Shown here piece after piece: positions 13,937-26,845 of a DNA stretch of 64,000 bases (positions are counted from its first letter, which is position 1; every line of letters begins with the position of its first letter). The DNA comes from Vicugna vicugna (lineage: Eukaryota): positions 806,001-870,000 of the forward strand of contig MU057487.1 of assembly GCA_013265495.1 (NCBI GenBank), written 5' to 3'. The notes beneath the pieces are model-generated. The model made no database searches and was not told the DNA's origin. It saw nothing but the letters and a program-made list of their open reading frames with translations. The translations under genes and the position numbers were made by a program.

Positions 13937-16900
13937 TTTTGGTGTAGAGTCTAAAAAATTATCGCCAAGACTGATTTCAAGTAGCTTAATACCTATTGCT
14001 TTCTTCTAGGAGTTTTATGGTTTCAAGGGTCACTTTTTAATACATTTTGAGTTAGTGTTTATGTATGGTATAACATATTGGTTAAGTTTTAACCTTTTGC
14101 ATGTGGCTGTCCAGTTTTCTCAGCACCATTTATTAAAGAAACTGTATTTTTCCTCCTTATATTCTTGGCTCCTTTGTCATAAATTAATTTACCATATATG
14201 CATGAGTTCATTTCTGGGCTCTCTATTCTGTTCCATTGATCTATGTATCTGTTCTTATGCCAATATTATACTATTTTGATTACTGTGGCTTTGTGTTGTA
14301 GTTTGAAATCAGGAAATGTGATGCCTCCAGATGCGTCGTTCTTTCTCAAGACTGCTTTGGCTAATCAGGATCTTTTGTGGCTCTATTCAAATTTTAGGAT
14401 TGTTCTATTTCTGTGAAAAATATCATTAGAATTTTGATAGAGACTGCATTGAATCTTTAGATTGCTTTGGGTAATATGGACATTTTAATGATATTAATTC
14501 TTCCAATCCATGAGCAAGGAATATCTTTCCTTTATTTGTGTCGTCTTCAATATCTCTCATAAATGTCTTACAGTTTTCAGTGTAGGTTTTTCACCACTGA
14601 AACGTTTGGTGAAGTTATGGTTAAGTTTATTCCTAGGTATTTTAAGATTGTTTATTTTTCCTGCAATTGTATATGAGATTGTTTTCTTAATTTCTCTTTA
14701 GGATAGTTCATTATTAGTGCATAGAATGCAAATGATTTCTGTATATTGATTTTGTATTCTGCAACTGTACTGAATTTATTTATCCTAACAGTTTGCAGGT
14801 GAAGTTTTTGGGTTTTTTAAAATATAATATCATGCCATCTGCAAATAGTGATCATTTTACATCTTCTTTTCTGATTTGGTTTCCTTTTCTTGCCTAATTG
14901 CTCTGGCTAGACCTCAAATATTATGTTGAATAAAAGTGGCTATAGTAAGCATTCTTGTCCTGTTCCTGACCTTAGAAAAAAGCTTTCAGCTTTTCACCAT
15001 TGACTATAATATTAGCTGTGGACTTGCCATATACATCTTTTATTATATTGAGGCACATTCACTCTAAACCCATTTTGTTGAGCATTTTAACATTAATGCC
15101 TGTTGAATTGGTCAAATTTTTTTGCATCTATTGAGATGACCATATGATTTTATCTTTCATTTTTTTACTGTGATGTAGCAACACTGATTGATTTCTGTGC
15201 ATTGAATCACTCTTAAACCCCTGGAATAAATCCCACTTGATCATAGTGTATGATACTTTTAATATATTAATATACGTATATTAATATATATAATATATGT
15301 TAAATTTTGTTTGCTAATATTTGGTTGTGGATTTTTTGCGTGTATATTCATTAGGAATTTTGGTCTGTAGTTTTTTGTTGCAATGTCCTTGTCTGGTTTC
15401 GGTATCACGGTAATTCTGGCCTTGTAAAATGAGTTTAAAAGTATTCCCCTCTCCTAATTTTTGGATGATTTTGAGAAGTATTAGTATTAATTCTTTTTAA
15501 AAACACTGGTAGAATTCACCAGCTATCTGGCTCTAGACTTTTCATTCTTGGGGGGGTTTTGATTCCGATTTGGTCCTTACTAGTAATCAGTCTGCTCAGA
15601 TTTTCTCTTTGTTTTGGTAAGTTGTATGTTTATAGGAATTGATCCATTTCTTCTAGGTTATCCAATTTGTTGTTTGTTGTATACTTGTTTATAGTAGTCT
15701 CTTATGTTCCTTTGCATTTCTGTGGTATTAATTGCAATGTGTCTGTTTCACTTCTGATTTTATTCATTGGAATCTTCTCCATTTTTTCTTTGTTAATGAC
15801 TCTAGTTAAAGGTTTGTCAATTTCATTTCTTTTCAAAAAAAATCAGCTCTTAGTTTCTTTGATCTTTTCTATTGTCTTTGTAGTCTCTCATTTATTTCCA
15901 CTGTGATCATTGTTGTTTCTTTCCTTCTACTAACTTTAGTCTTCATTTGTTCTTCTTTTTCTAGTTTCTTGGAGGTTGAAAGTTAGGTAGTTTATTCTAA
16001 ATCTTCCTTATTTCTTGATGTAGGTACTTATTGCTATGAACTCCTCTTTCAGGACTATTTCTCCTTTAGAACTGCTTTTGTTTTGGTGTATTTGTTTTGT
16101 TGTTGTATTTATTGTATATTTGTTATGTTGTACTTCCATTTTTTTTGTTTGTCTCAAGGTATTGGTTGATCAGTAACATGTTTAATCTCCACATAGCTGT
16201 GAATTTCCCAGTTTTCTTTTCATATTTAATTTCTAGTTACATATAATTGTGGTTAGAAAAGATGCTTGATAAAATTTCATTCTTGATGTTTTGTAATTTG
16301 ATATATGTCTATCCTGGAGGATGTTCCACCTGCATTTGAGAAAAATGTGTATTCTGTTGCTTTTGGGTAGAATGTTCTGTTTCTGTCCAAGTCAATCCTG
16401 TTTAATGTGCCATTCAAGGCCAATGTTTCCTTATTGATTTTCTGTCTGGATGATCTATTCGTTGATGAAAGTGGGGTATTAAAGTCTCCTACTGCTATTG
16501 TATTGCTTTCTATTTCTCCAGGTGTGTCTGTCAATATTTGCTTTATATACTTAGGTGCTCACGTGTTGGGTGCATACTTACAGATGTTACATGCTCTTGT
16601 TGGATTGATTCCTTTATCATTTTACAATTGCCTTCTTTGTCTCTTAGTAGAGACTTGTCTTAAAGACTTTTTTGTCTGATGTAAGTGTAGCTACCCCATA
16701 TTTGTTGGTTTTCATTTGCATGAAGTATCTTTTTCCATCCCTTTATTTTCAGTCTGTTTGAATTACATCTGACATGAGTCTCTTGTAGGCAACATGTAGG
16801 TGGATTTTTTTTTAATCCATTTATCTCACTATGTCTCTTGATTGGAGAACTTAATCCATTTACATTTAAGATAATTATTCATTGGACTGACTTATTGCCA

Positions 16901-19810
16901 CTGTTAGTTTTCTGGTTTTTCTGTATTTTGTTTGTTCCTGTTTTCTTTTGTTTTCTTCCTTTGTAATTTCATGATGCTCTGTAGTGAGATGTTTAGATTC
17001 CTTTCTTTTTATCTTTTGTGTATCTACTATCAGTTTCTGCTTTGTGGTTACCATGAGTCTTATATTGAACAACTTATATTTATTAGTCTATTTTAAGTTG
17101 ATAACAAATTAAGTTTGAACACATTCTAAAGCTCTGCATTGTTACTCCCTTCATTCACATTGGATGCTTTTGTTATCACAATTTACAACTTTTTATCTTG
17201 CATATCCCTTAACAAATTACTGTAATTATAGTTATTTTTACTTTGTCCTTCATCCTTCATACTAGCTTTATAAGTGATTAACTCACCATCTTTACATTAT
17301 ATTTTTCTGAATTTTACTATATATTAGTCTTTATCAGTGAGATTCATATTTTCTTATGTTTTCTATTACTAATTTGTGCTCTTCGGTTTCAATTTGAAGA
17401 AATCCCTTCAACATTTCTCATAAAGCTGATCTAGTGGTGATAAACTCCTTTAGCTTTTGCTTGTCTGGAAAACTCTCTATTTCTCCTTCAGTTCTGAATG
17501 ACAAATTTGGGGTAGAATATTCTTGGTTGGCAGTTTTTCTTTCAGGCTGTTTAGTATATTATGCTGCTCCCCTCTAGTCTGCAAACTTTCTGCTGAGAAA
17601 TCTCATAGTTTTATGGGGGTTCCCTTGTCCATGACAATTTTTTTTTCACTTACTGCTTTGAAGATTCCCTCCTTGTCTTTAACTTTTGACACTCTAATTA
17701 TAATGTGACTTGGTGTGCATCTGTCTGAGTTTATCTAAATCAGAATTCTCTGGGCATCCTGAATATCTGTTTCTTTTCTCAGGTTAAGGAATTTTTCAGG
17801 CATTATTTCTTCAGATAAGATTTCTATCCCTTTCTCGCTCTTCTTCTTCCAGGACCCCTATAATCAATGTTTGTTTGTTGTTCCATAAGTTGCTTAAGCT
17901 ATCTTCACCTTTTAAAATTATTTTTAAAATTTTTACTGCTCTGATTGGGTGAGTTCCATGACCTTGTCTTCAAGTTCACTGATCCTGTCTTCCCGTTTAT
18001 CTAGTCTGATGTTAAAACCCTCTAATGTATTTTTCAGTTCAGTTATTGTGTTCTTCAGCTCTTTGACTTCTATTTTGTACTTTCTTATACTTTCTATCTG
18101 TTGAAATACTCATTTTGTTTATCCATTTTTTCCCGGAGCTCAGTGAGCCTCTTTATAACCATTGTTTTGAACTCTTTATCAGATAAATCACTTATCTCTA
18201 TTTCATTAAGATCTTTTTCTGAGGTTTTATCTTGTTCTTTTGTTTGGAACATATCCCTCTGGTTTTTTCATTTTCCTTAACTCTCTTTTTATGCTTTAGA
18301 TAAAATATCTATCTCTTGTAGTCTTCAGGGAGTGTCCCCATGTAGAAGTTAAAACCTATTCAATCTGCCCTATCTCTTAGTCTCTCAAACCTACGTGATT
18401 GTACGTAAACTGCGGTACTTAAGGATGTGGCTAACAGTACTTAAGAATGTGCCAAGACCTGTCAGTCTCTCAAAGGGAAGGTTTTCAGTCAGCATCTAGA
18501 TTCAGGCTGATTAGAACCAAGATTATCAGGCAGTAACTTTTAAAGTACACACGTATGCCTTTTTTATTGGAAGACTGTGAGATGGGAGTGTCTGCTCCTT
18601 CTGTGCTGAGTCCTGGGGTGATAGCCAGTTAAAAACTGTGTCTTTCTTTGTTACTGTTTCTTTCTGTCTGTGAACTTAAGCCTAGCTGTTCACCAGACTC
18701 ATGCTGTCAAGGGATATGTGCTCTCAGCGGCAGACACAAAAGCCAGGGCTTCAGACCGTACATAAGCTCCTCTCTCTGAGACACCAATGGAGGAGCATGA
18801 ATATGGCACCTGCCAACCTCCCCAGACTCTGGAGAAGATTGTAGTTTACATCTAGATGTGGGTTTGTTTAATTAGAGGTCTACCCCTCAGGCCACAGCTA
18901 TGGAGATAAGCTAATCTGCCTTTCCTAAAGAACGGCTGGGGTTACATTTCAGTCTGCTGTCTCTGTCCTGTGCCCTGGTAGGGAAGGGTGTAACTGGTTA
19001 ACAACTATTTCTCCGTTTGTAATAGTCTCACCTGACCCTTGAAGGCAAGCCCCACTGACCACCAATGCCAAGTATTTAAGAGATGTCCTCTGGGCAGCAG
19101 CCACAAGAATCAGGGCACAAGTTGAAAAAACTGGGGCGCCTGATGTGTGTACAAGCTCCTCTCTGAGAGATGCCAGTGCTTCGGGGCACAGTAGCAGGAG
19201 AGAGCCAAGATAGCACCCTGACCCTGAGATCTCTGGGTAGGGTTACAGTCAGCCCTTATAAATGTTTAATTAGCAACCTGCTCCTCAGGCTGACACTTTG
19301 ATAAGCAAATTAGCCTCTTGCACAGAAGGTCTGGGTGCTTTTCAGTCAGATGCCTCTGTGCTGGGTGAATCCATGAGTCCTCTAAGAATTGTTTCTGAGT
19401 TCACTATAGCCTTGTGGGTCCCATGGATACAAGCCCTGCTGGCTTTCAAAACTAGGTATTTTGGGAGTTTGTCTTTGAGCTTCAGGTCTTAAAAGTTGGG
19501 TGCCAGATGTGGGGTTCAAACGCTTCACTCCTCAGGGAAAAGCTCACAGTTATGAGGTCCCCCCAAATTGTGGGTTCCCACACTAAAGGGGATTGATAGC
19601 AAAACTGTGTCTCAGCCTCTTCTACCCATTTAAATATGGGTTTGTTTGTTTTTTCTCATTTGCCAAATATGTAAGAATTTCTCAGCTAGGTTTTTTTTAT
19701 TATTATTATCTTCAGAGGAAATTGTTCTGTATGTAGCTATAGATTTGGTGTGTCCATAGGAAGAGGTGAGTTCAGAATCCTCTTACATAGTCACCTTCAA
19801 CTGGAACTCT
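13937..19810 (-). mobile_element. ~5.9 kb decayed L1 (5'UTR, ORF1, ORF2 EN/RT), lacking its 3' end, nested in an L2
   Basis: ORF 16277..16534 is L1 endonuclease (GDFNTPLS...RQKINKE...YTFFS...SRID); continuous T-rich antisense L1 sequence; L1 5' start motif near 19780-19810; diverged 5'UTR repeats at about 18590-19260. Confidence 0.92.
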
Positions 19811-20027
19811 GTGTTTGATGTCTTTGCCATCAGCAAAGCCCAGCACAGAGTAGGCACTCAAACAAAGCTTGTTGAATTAATGAGTACGTATGGTGTTTTT
19901 AACCAAAATATGAAATAACTATTGAAATTTGTCTTGTGAAATAGACAGTTGATTTTTTTCTGTTAGTAATTTCTTGATGTGGAGTAAAAAACTTAATTTG
20001 GAAATTAATGTTGTTTTATAACCTAAG

Positions 20028-20266
20028 CCCAGGATATATGGACAAAGTTTGGGAGCTCTTGAAAGAAATATTGCCTGAGTTTAAGCTGTCAGATGAGTCC
20101 AGCTCTGAAAGCAAAATAACAGAGATCGACGCCAAGTTAAAAGAACAAGGGAAAGATGTGAAGGATGGGAAAGAAGTGAAAGATGGCAAAGATGGCAAGG
20201 AATTCAAACCAGAAGGTTCAGCAACAACATTAAAATTATCTGAGAAAAGTGACAGAGTTTTAAAGG
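20028..20266 (+). CDS. ADGB: ADGB exon ~8 (239 nt): PGYMDKVWELLKEILPEFKL...KDGKEVKDGKDGKEFK...DRVLK
   Basis: ctaag|C ... G|gtaaga; in ORF 20008..20505; phase 2 in, phase 1 out. Confidence 0.93.
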
Positions 20267-21199
20267 GTAAGACATTTTATATCACAGTGTTATTCAACAT
20301 GGGTATTGTTTATAAATGCTTTACAGTCATTGCTGAATTTAATGATTCTTTATTATCATTTATTAAGTTTCGTGCACACAGTCATGTAATTAAAGTCCTT
20401 TCTTTTCAGAATATTTCAATGGTGTTTACTAATTATTGTCCTATATTTTGCTTTCTTTACAAATCAAAGGCAATTATATATTTTGATGATACTAAATTAA
20501 TGTAGTATTAATATAGAAATAGACATTACGTTTGCAATTTCCCTTAAACACATTTTTCTTATATGTTATATGTAGAGTGGAATGAACCAAAATAGCAAAG
20601 GAGAAAAGTTGTCCTGTTTTTCTTTTCAGGAATTGTGAAACGGACATAGATTAGATTATGATTGGCAGGTTGTTTATTGTAAGATAGAAGTTAAAATCTG
20701 GAAAAAACATTTAAGTTATTTTACAAAGTGTAGGAGCATTTCTCTTAAAGTGAGAAATATATTGAATAATTATGTATGTGTGGTTTCCAAAATATTTCCT
20801 GTATCTGTGCATATGGACAATAATGCCAGTATGCTAAAGTTGAATATACTAGAAAATACTCCGCTTTTTGTACACCTTGATAGCATCTATGATGATCTTT
20901 CAAATATTTATGTTTTATAAGATATTCATCTTTGGTCCTTATCAAGATCTTACTTACCAGCTTTTCCAACTATATACTGCCCTGAAGTAATTACTGTAAA
21001 TGTCCTTCAAAGATACATCAAAACATCAAGTGTGTGGTGCTATCTGCCTATCATACACCCCTCTTAAAATGACCTAACATGTGTTAGTTTATAAAACAAA
21101 GAAAAAAAAAAGCCAGATTAAATTTCTTTTACCCAGTGTATTCTAAATTAATTTGAACCTAGAAGCCCTTTCTCATGTATCACAAATTAACTTCTTTAT

Positions 21200-22900
21200 C
21201 TACCCATCCATCCATTTGTCCATCCATTCATCCATCCATTCAAATACACTGCTTGCTGAGTAGAACCCCAGTAAGTGTTCCAGGAATTAGTGATAGCTCG
21301 ATGAACAAAATCAGGTGTGGAACTCACTTCCTAGAGCTATGGTCTAGTGAGAGAGACTAACATTAACTCTAAAAATCATAAATACATAGTAACACAGGAG
21401 TCTTGAAAGGAATACAGAAAACTGTAGTTCATAAGGGGGGGTTGAGTCTGGGGCATCAGAAAAGAATTCTCTAAGGAATTTTGAGCTGTATTTGCAAAAA
21501 TGAGAACGAAATCTAGAGGAAGATGAGGGACTCTAGAGGGAAGAGCATTCTAGGCTGAGGAGAGAGCAGATATAATTGTTATGAGGCAGTAGGAGGAATG
21601 TCAGGGATTTGGAAGACCTGGTAGAAGACGTATTTAGCTGGAAGAAAGGATGTGAGGAATAAAGTGCTTAAGAAGAGCCTGGAGAAGTAAGTAGGGGAGT
21701 GATTGTATCAAATCTTCTGTGTCATGTTAAGATTATTGATCTTTAACAAAGAGCAATTGACAGTTAATGGAGAGTTTAGAATTGAGTCACGCTCTATTTC
21801 ACATTTTTGAAAGGATATTCTGATTCTCTGAGAAAAAGATAATGTGGGGTGCCAGTTGGGGTGGAAGGCCATTGACATGAGTAGACACAGAAAAAACAAT
21901 TTGGAGACTGTTGCATCAGCTCATTTTAGAAACAATAGTAGCTTGGAGTTGGGTGGAGCAACAGACGAAGTAAATGAGAGATATTTAAAAAGTTAAAAAA
22001 ATGACAGGATGTGGCAAAGATAACTTGAAGAATTCTGACTTGCAAGACTGGATAGATGGCAGTACCTTTGACTGGGATGGGTAACACTAAAAGAAGAATG
22101 GCTTTATGAGGAGAGATTACAAAATGATTTAGAACATATTGAACTTGAGGTGCCTTCAAGAAACCAAGTGTACTTTTCAAGTCAAGATTTCCACTGACAA
22201 ATGCATGCTAAATTAAACCATGAATGACATTCCCAAGGAGATGACATAGAGTGAGCAGATTAGGAAGCTTGAGACTGAGCTTTAAATAAGCTAAACATCT
22301 GAGAACTAAGTACAAAATAATAAGCTGGCAAAAAAGGTTAAGGGCTGACCAGAGAAACTGGAAGAAGACTAGCAGGGCATGTTGCTATTGAATTCAAAGG
22401 AAAAGAGTGTTTCAAGAATCAGAGAGATTGTCTGTGTCAAATAGAATTCAAATTTCTCTGTTGCATTTTGTGACATGGAGATCACTGGGCACTGATACAT
22501 AACGGGAGTGGAAGACACAGTGGAGAGGTTAAGAAATAGGTGGGAAGCAAAATAATGTGTAAACAACCCTGTTAGAAGTGTGTCTGTGAAGAACAGGAGG
22601 ACTTCAGCGTGGAAGCTGACAGGGAATATGTGGGACCCCTGAAGGATATATAAATTTTAATCTAATGAAGAAGAGTCAAGTACTTTAAAGTGGTGATTGG
22701 GAAAATGCAGCTGAATTGACAGCCGTGGTATAGGTTTCCAGAGAGCCCAGGTGAAGGGGATTGGACCAATACAGGAGAGCAATGTCTCCTTCATTCTAAC
22801 AGGTATGCACGGGGCATGGGAGAGAATAGATGCAGATGTCAGTGGGTAAATTGGTTTGCTAGGGAGAAGCTGAGGGTTTCTGACAAAAGGCTTCTATTCT
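21200..22900 (-). mobile_element. L2 LINE 3' portion (boundaries approximate)
   Basis: (CATC/CATT)n tail, then typical L2 3' sequence and purine-rich body. Confidence 0.7.
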
Positions 22901-24276
22901 TTTTATTTATAGGCAGCCCATCTATGAACTAAGAGTGAGGTGGAGGTAGAGTTGAAGGTTCTGGCAGTTATTTAAAATAGATGTGACAGAAGCTTGTAGA
23001 AAAGGGGAAGATTAGATCCAGTAGTGCTCAGCTGCTAATTCTATTCAGAGGGGTTGGCCAGACGGCTGAAATGAAATGATGGAGGAGCCAAAAATTTATT
23101 CAAGGTATTGGTAAGAACACATTTTGGTTAACATTTTTGCATAATATCCAAATTTCTACATGAAATAGTGTTTTTTCTATTTACAATTTTCATTATGTTA
23201 TATTGTTTTAAGTTATGAGTTCTGAACAGGCATTTGAAGGCTTTAAAAATCCTATTTTAAAATCGTACCTGAAGTCATATATTATTACCTATGATTAATT
23301 TTAAGTCAAATATTTATAGAGAAAACACAGAATTCTGATGATCTATTTTTTATACTCAAGCTCCCCGGTGAAATGTGTAATCCTACACTTAACAGTTATC
23401 ATTGCTTTTGTATCTAACACCAATGTTAAATCTACTATAAAAGCTAAGATATGAGACAGATTTACTTTAGAGGCTAAGGAACAATATAAGTTGTTAACGT
23501 TATAGTTTCGGTTTGTGCAAATTTTTTAAAAACAAGCAACCTGATCAATGGTGATCACAAATTTAGCAAATAATGAAAAGATGAATGGCAGAAATTTGAA
23601 ATTTCTGTTTTAGAATTGGAAGGTATTTGTTAGAAAATTTAAAAATTGGGGGGTATTTTTTAAAGTTTAAAGAGAACATGTTTTATAGAAATGCACATAT
23701 GAATGGAAATTCAAATGGTGGATGGTTCTGGGTACCGAGTTTTACTACACACATCACGTTGGCAATAAGATGTTGATTTGTGGATATTGGTTAATGACCA
23801 GACTCCACCAGAAAATATTCTGGAGGCAGAAAGGTGTATTTCTTGAGATGGAGGCCCCAAATAAAGGATATCTGAGAGGCTCCACATTTAGGACTAAACT
23901 TTAAGCACATTCTTCATTGTTCTTTGTTTTTCGTTTTTAAAATGAGAAAATTAGCCTGACAGTATAATTTTATATAAATAAATTATATTTAACTGATTAT
24001 CTACATTTAAGATAAAATTATTATAGTCAATAAAAAATAATGCTACCGCATTATTTACTGTGCTTCATCTTTCACAATGCATCTCAATTTTCAAAATTTT
24101 CTTTTGCTTTATTTTGAATTAGAAGTGAGTATGTTTGGGGAAATTTGCAGCTATTTTATACTTAAATAACTTAAATAAAACTATTGTTTTGGTTTTCTTT
24201 TCAACGCAATGACTAAATAAGCAACATAGATTGAGGTTTTATAGTTAAAAGATTTATTATATTTTTAATGTGTTAG

Positions 24277-24417
24277 AGAAAGCCGATGCAAGAGACCCTG
24301 GGAAGAAGAGGAGTAGAGATGGAGAGAAGGAAAGAGAAAAGGAAAAATTCAAATGGTCACTTCATGGTTCGAGACCTTCATCAGATGTACAGTACTCTCT
24401 ACAGTCTCTGTTAGATT
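24277..24417 (+). CDS. ADGB: ADGB exon ~9 (141 nt): KADARDPGKKRSRDGEKEREKEKFKWSLHGSRPSSDVQYSLQSLLD
   Basis: gttag|AG ... T|gtaagc; frame continuous. Confidence 0.93.
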
Positions 24418-24794
24418 GTAAGCTCTCAGTCTCCTAGAATAACTCTTTTACCTGTTTCCTAAAGTGTTGGAAAACACTGGAGCATAGAGATGTCTTTTCC
24501 TGTTTAGATGTATCTAAACAAGCTTGTTCAGTAATTTTTAGGCCCTCAGATGACTATGCACAATAGAGCAAGATCCAACATATGAGACAGAAGCCAACGT
24601 TATCCAAATTCTAACAGTACAGTGGTCACAGGAGGAGTGTTTACATCAAGGAGGATATATACTAATAAAAAGCATATTATATATTAGAATAGTATATGTA
24701 ACATTTTATATATGATAAAATATAAAAATGTAAAGTTATGTATTACTATATATTAGTATATGTCCTCCTGGAATAAATACTTTATATTTATAAA

Positions 24795-24828
<34 letters not shown>

Positions 24829-24866
24829 CAAATTTATATATGTGTGTGTGTGTGTGTATATATATA
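24795..24866. repeat. Compound (TG)n/(TA)n microsatellite
   Basis: direct reading. Confidence 0.9.
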
Positions 24867-25140
24867 AAATCTTCTTTTAAAACTTTATAGTCCTAACATT
24901 GGGTCATCTATCTTGATTAATTAGTTAATTAATTCTCAGCTCATTCTCCTTTGCATGAAAACATGTCCATTTACCTCCAGAACTATGCTTTATCTAGTTT
25001 CTTTTTTTTCCATTTGTCTTTTTTTTTAATGCCTTGCTATGTTTTTTTGTGAGAACATTTTAATAATTATGGCTCTGTATTTTTAGAGAAATGTATCTGG
25101 TAGTTGGGAAGAGAAAATGCAAATACTAGTCACTCTAATT

Positions 25141-25625
25141 TTTATTTTATTTTTTAAAAAAATTTTATTAGAGTGTAGTAGGTTAACAATGCTAGTTTCA
25201 GGTATACCGCAAAGTGCTTTAGTTATACACGTGTATGCATATATATTTTTTCTTTTCAGATTCTTTTTTCATTATTTGTTTTAACAAGAAATGAATATAG
25301 TTCTCTGTGCTATATAGTAGGTCCTTGTTTATCTATTTTATATATAGTAATGTGTGTCTGTTAATCCCCAACCCCTAATTTATCTCTCCCCGCCCTTTCC
25401 CCTTTGGTAACCATAATTTGTTCTCTATGTCCATGAGTCTGTTTGCGGTTTGTAAATAGAATTTGTGGGTTTTTTTACATTCTAAAATAAGCAATATCAT
25501 ATGATATTTGTCTTTCTCTGTCTGACTTAACTTCACTCAATATAATAATCTCTAGGTCCATCTATGTTGCTGCAAGTGGCATTCTTTCATTCTTTTTGTA
25601 GCTGAGTAATATTCCATCGTATGTA
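25141..25625 (-). mobile_element. Artiodactyl/camelid-type L1 3' end
   Basis: poly-T, aatatagttctctgtgctatatagtaggtcc, ccctttggtaaccataa, ctaggtccatctatgttgctgca. Confidence 0.85.
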
Positions 25626-25629
25626 TGTA

Positions 25630-25839
25630 CAGGTCCCCCTACCACACCAACTCATATTCTAGTAGGTATCTCTGGTGATGGTGCTCTTCCTGGACCAGGT
25701 CCTTTATCTAAATTCTTTTAGGCAGTTAAAGGGGAAATAAAAAGAAGTCCTGAGTCTTCTGTTTCTTAAGAATAATCCATCTAATAATCTTCATGTAGAA
25801 GAGACACATTTAACAGTGACAAAATTTTGCTCCCCTACA
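25630..25839 (-). mobile_element. ERV1 LTR 5' fragment (MER34-like)
   Basis: minus strand begins TGTAGGGGAGCAAAATTTTGTCAC...ATGTGTCTCTT; abuts the L1. Confidence 0.6.
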
Positions 25840-26680
25840 TATACAAAGTTTACTTTTTAAATGTAAAGATATGTTTTTATAAGTTTGGCATATTTCATAC
25901 CTTAGTGACCCAGGGCTCATATCTAATTTGTATTTTGTGGCTCTAAATGTATTACTCTTCAATAAACATATTATCTAATGCAGTTAAATACAAATGCTTG
26001 AATTTACTAAAAGAATAAAACAAAATGTTCTAATTAAAAGCAAAAACAATAGAGGTAAATAAATTCTCTTATTTTGTCCAAAATCCTTAAAGAACAAAAG
26101 TATCATGAATCAAATGTAGTAGTTTCAGGGATGTTAAGGAACACATGAATAAAGAAGTGATGTTCAGAGGCAAATTCTACAAGCATTAAACATTCCAAAC
26201 CAAGTTACCTTCTTAGTCTTCCTTCTTCATGGAAGGATTAATTTATTTATGTTTTCTTTCTATTTGAAATGTCATAGAAACTCCTGGACTTCTTTAAATT
26301 CAGAATAAAGATTCTATCTATAAAAACTAAGAAGTGACTCAATTTTAAAGTTGTTCTTTTTAAACATAATTGTTTGTGGACCATTCTAAGTTACACTGAC
26401 TGATAGCTAGAGTAATTTTATGTAATAACTTTTTTACAGAGAAGTAAAATAATTTTTTAAGGAATTACGTAGTACTGTTACAAATGTGAAACTAATGAGA
26501 TATTCTGTAAAATAGAAGCACATTTGAGATTTAACTTTCATTAAATGCATGTAGAGTTATCTACCTGTTTTTCACTGGCAAAGATAAGTTCATTAAAGAA
26601 TTCGAACAGTCTACCATGACCTACTGACACATCCATTTTGGCTAGAATTTCCATGACACAATGTATGCTTGGTTTTACAG

Positions 26681-26775
26681 GTTCTTCAGCAATGCCGTCC
26701 CCTCAGATGGTTGTATATGCTACCTTTACACCTCTTTATTTGTTTGAAAAGAAGATTTTTTTATTAAAGAAGATG
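26681..26775 (+). CDS. ADGB: ADGB exon ~10 (95 nt): SSAMPSPQMVVYATFTPLYLFEKKIFLLKKM
   Basis: ttacag|GT ... ATG|gtaagc. Confidence 0.94.
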
Positions 26776-26809
26776 GTAAGCACTCAAAGCCAGGGAACGC
26801 AGTATAATA

Positions 26810-26845
26810 TGTGTGTGTGTGTGTGTGTGAGTGTGTGTGTGTGTG
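26810..26845. repeat. (TG)10 AG (TG)7 microsatellite
   Basis: direct reading. Confidence 0.95.

Noticed and set aside
10694..20027. Minor-spliceosome (U12) intron, suggested by the odd exon 8 acceptor
   Set aside because: Donor is gtacgt, not gtatcctt, and no TCCTTAAC branch point is present
20267..20505. Extension of the exon 8 ORF into the intron
   Set aside because: Strong G|gtaag donor at 20266; the downstream frame is AT-rich intron
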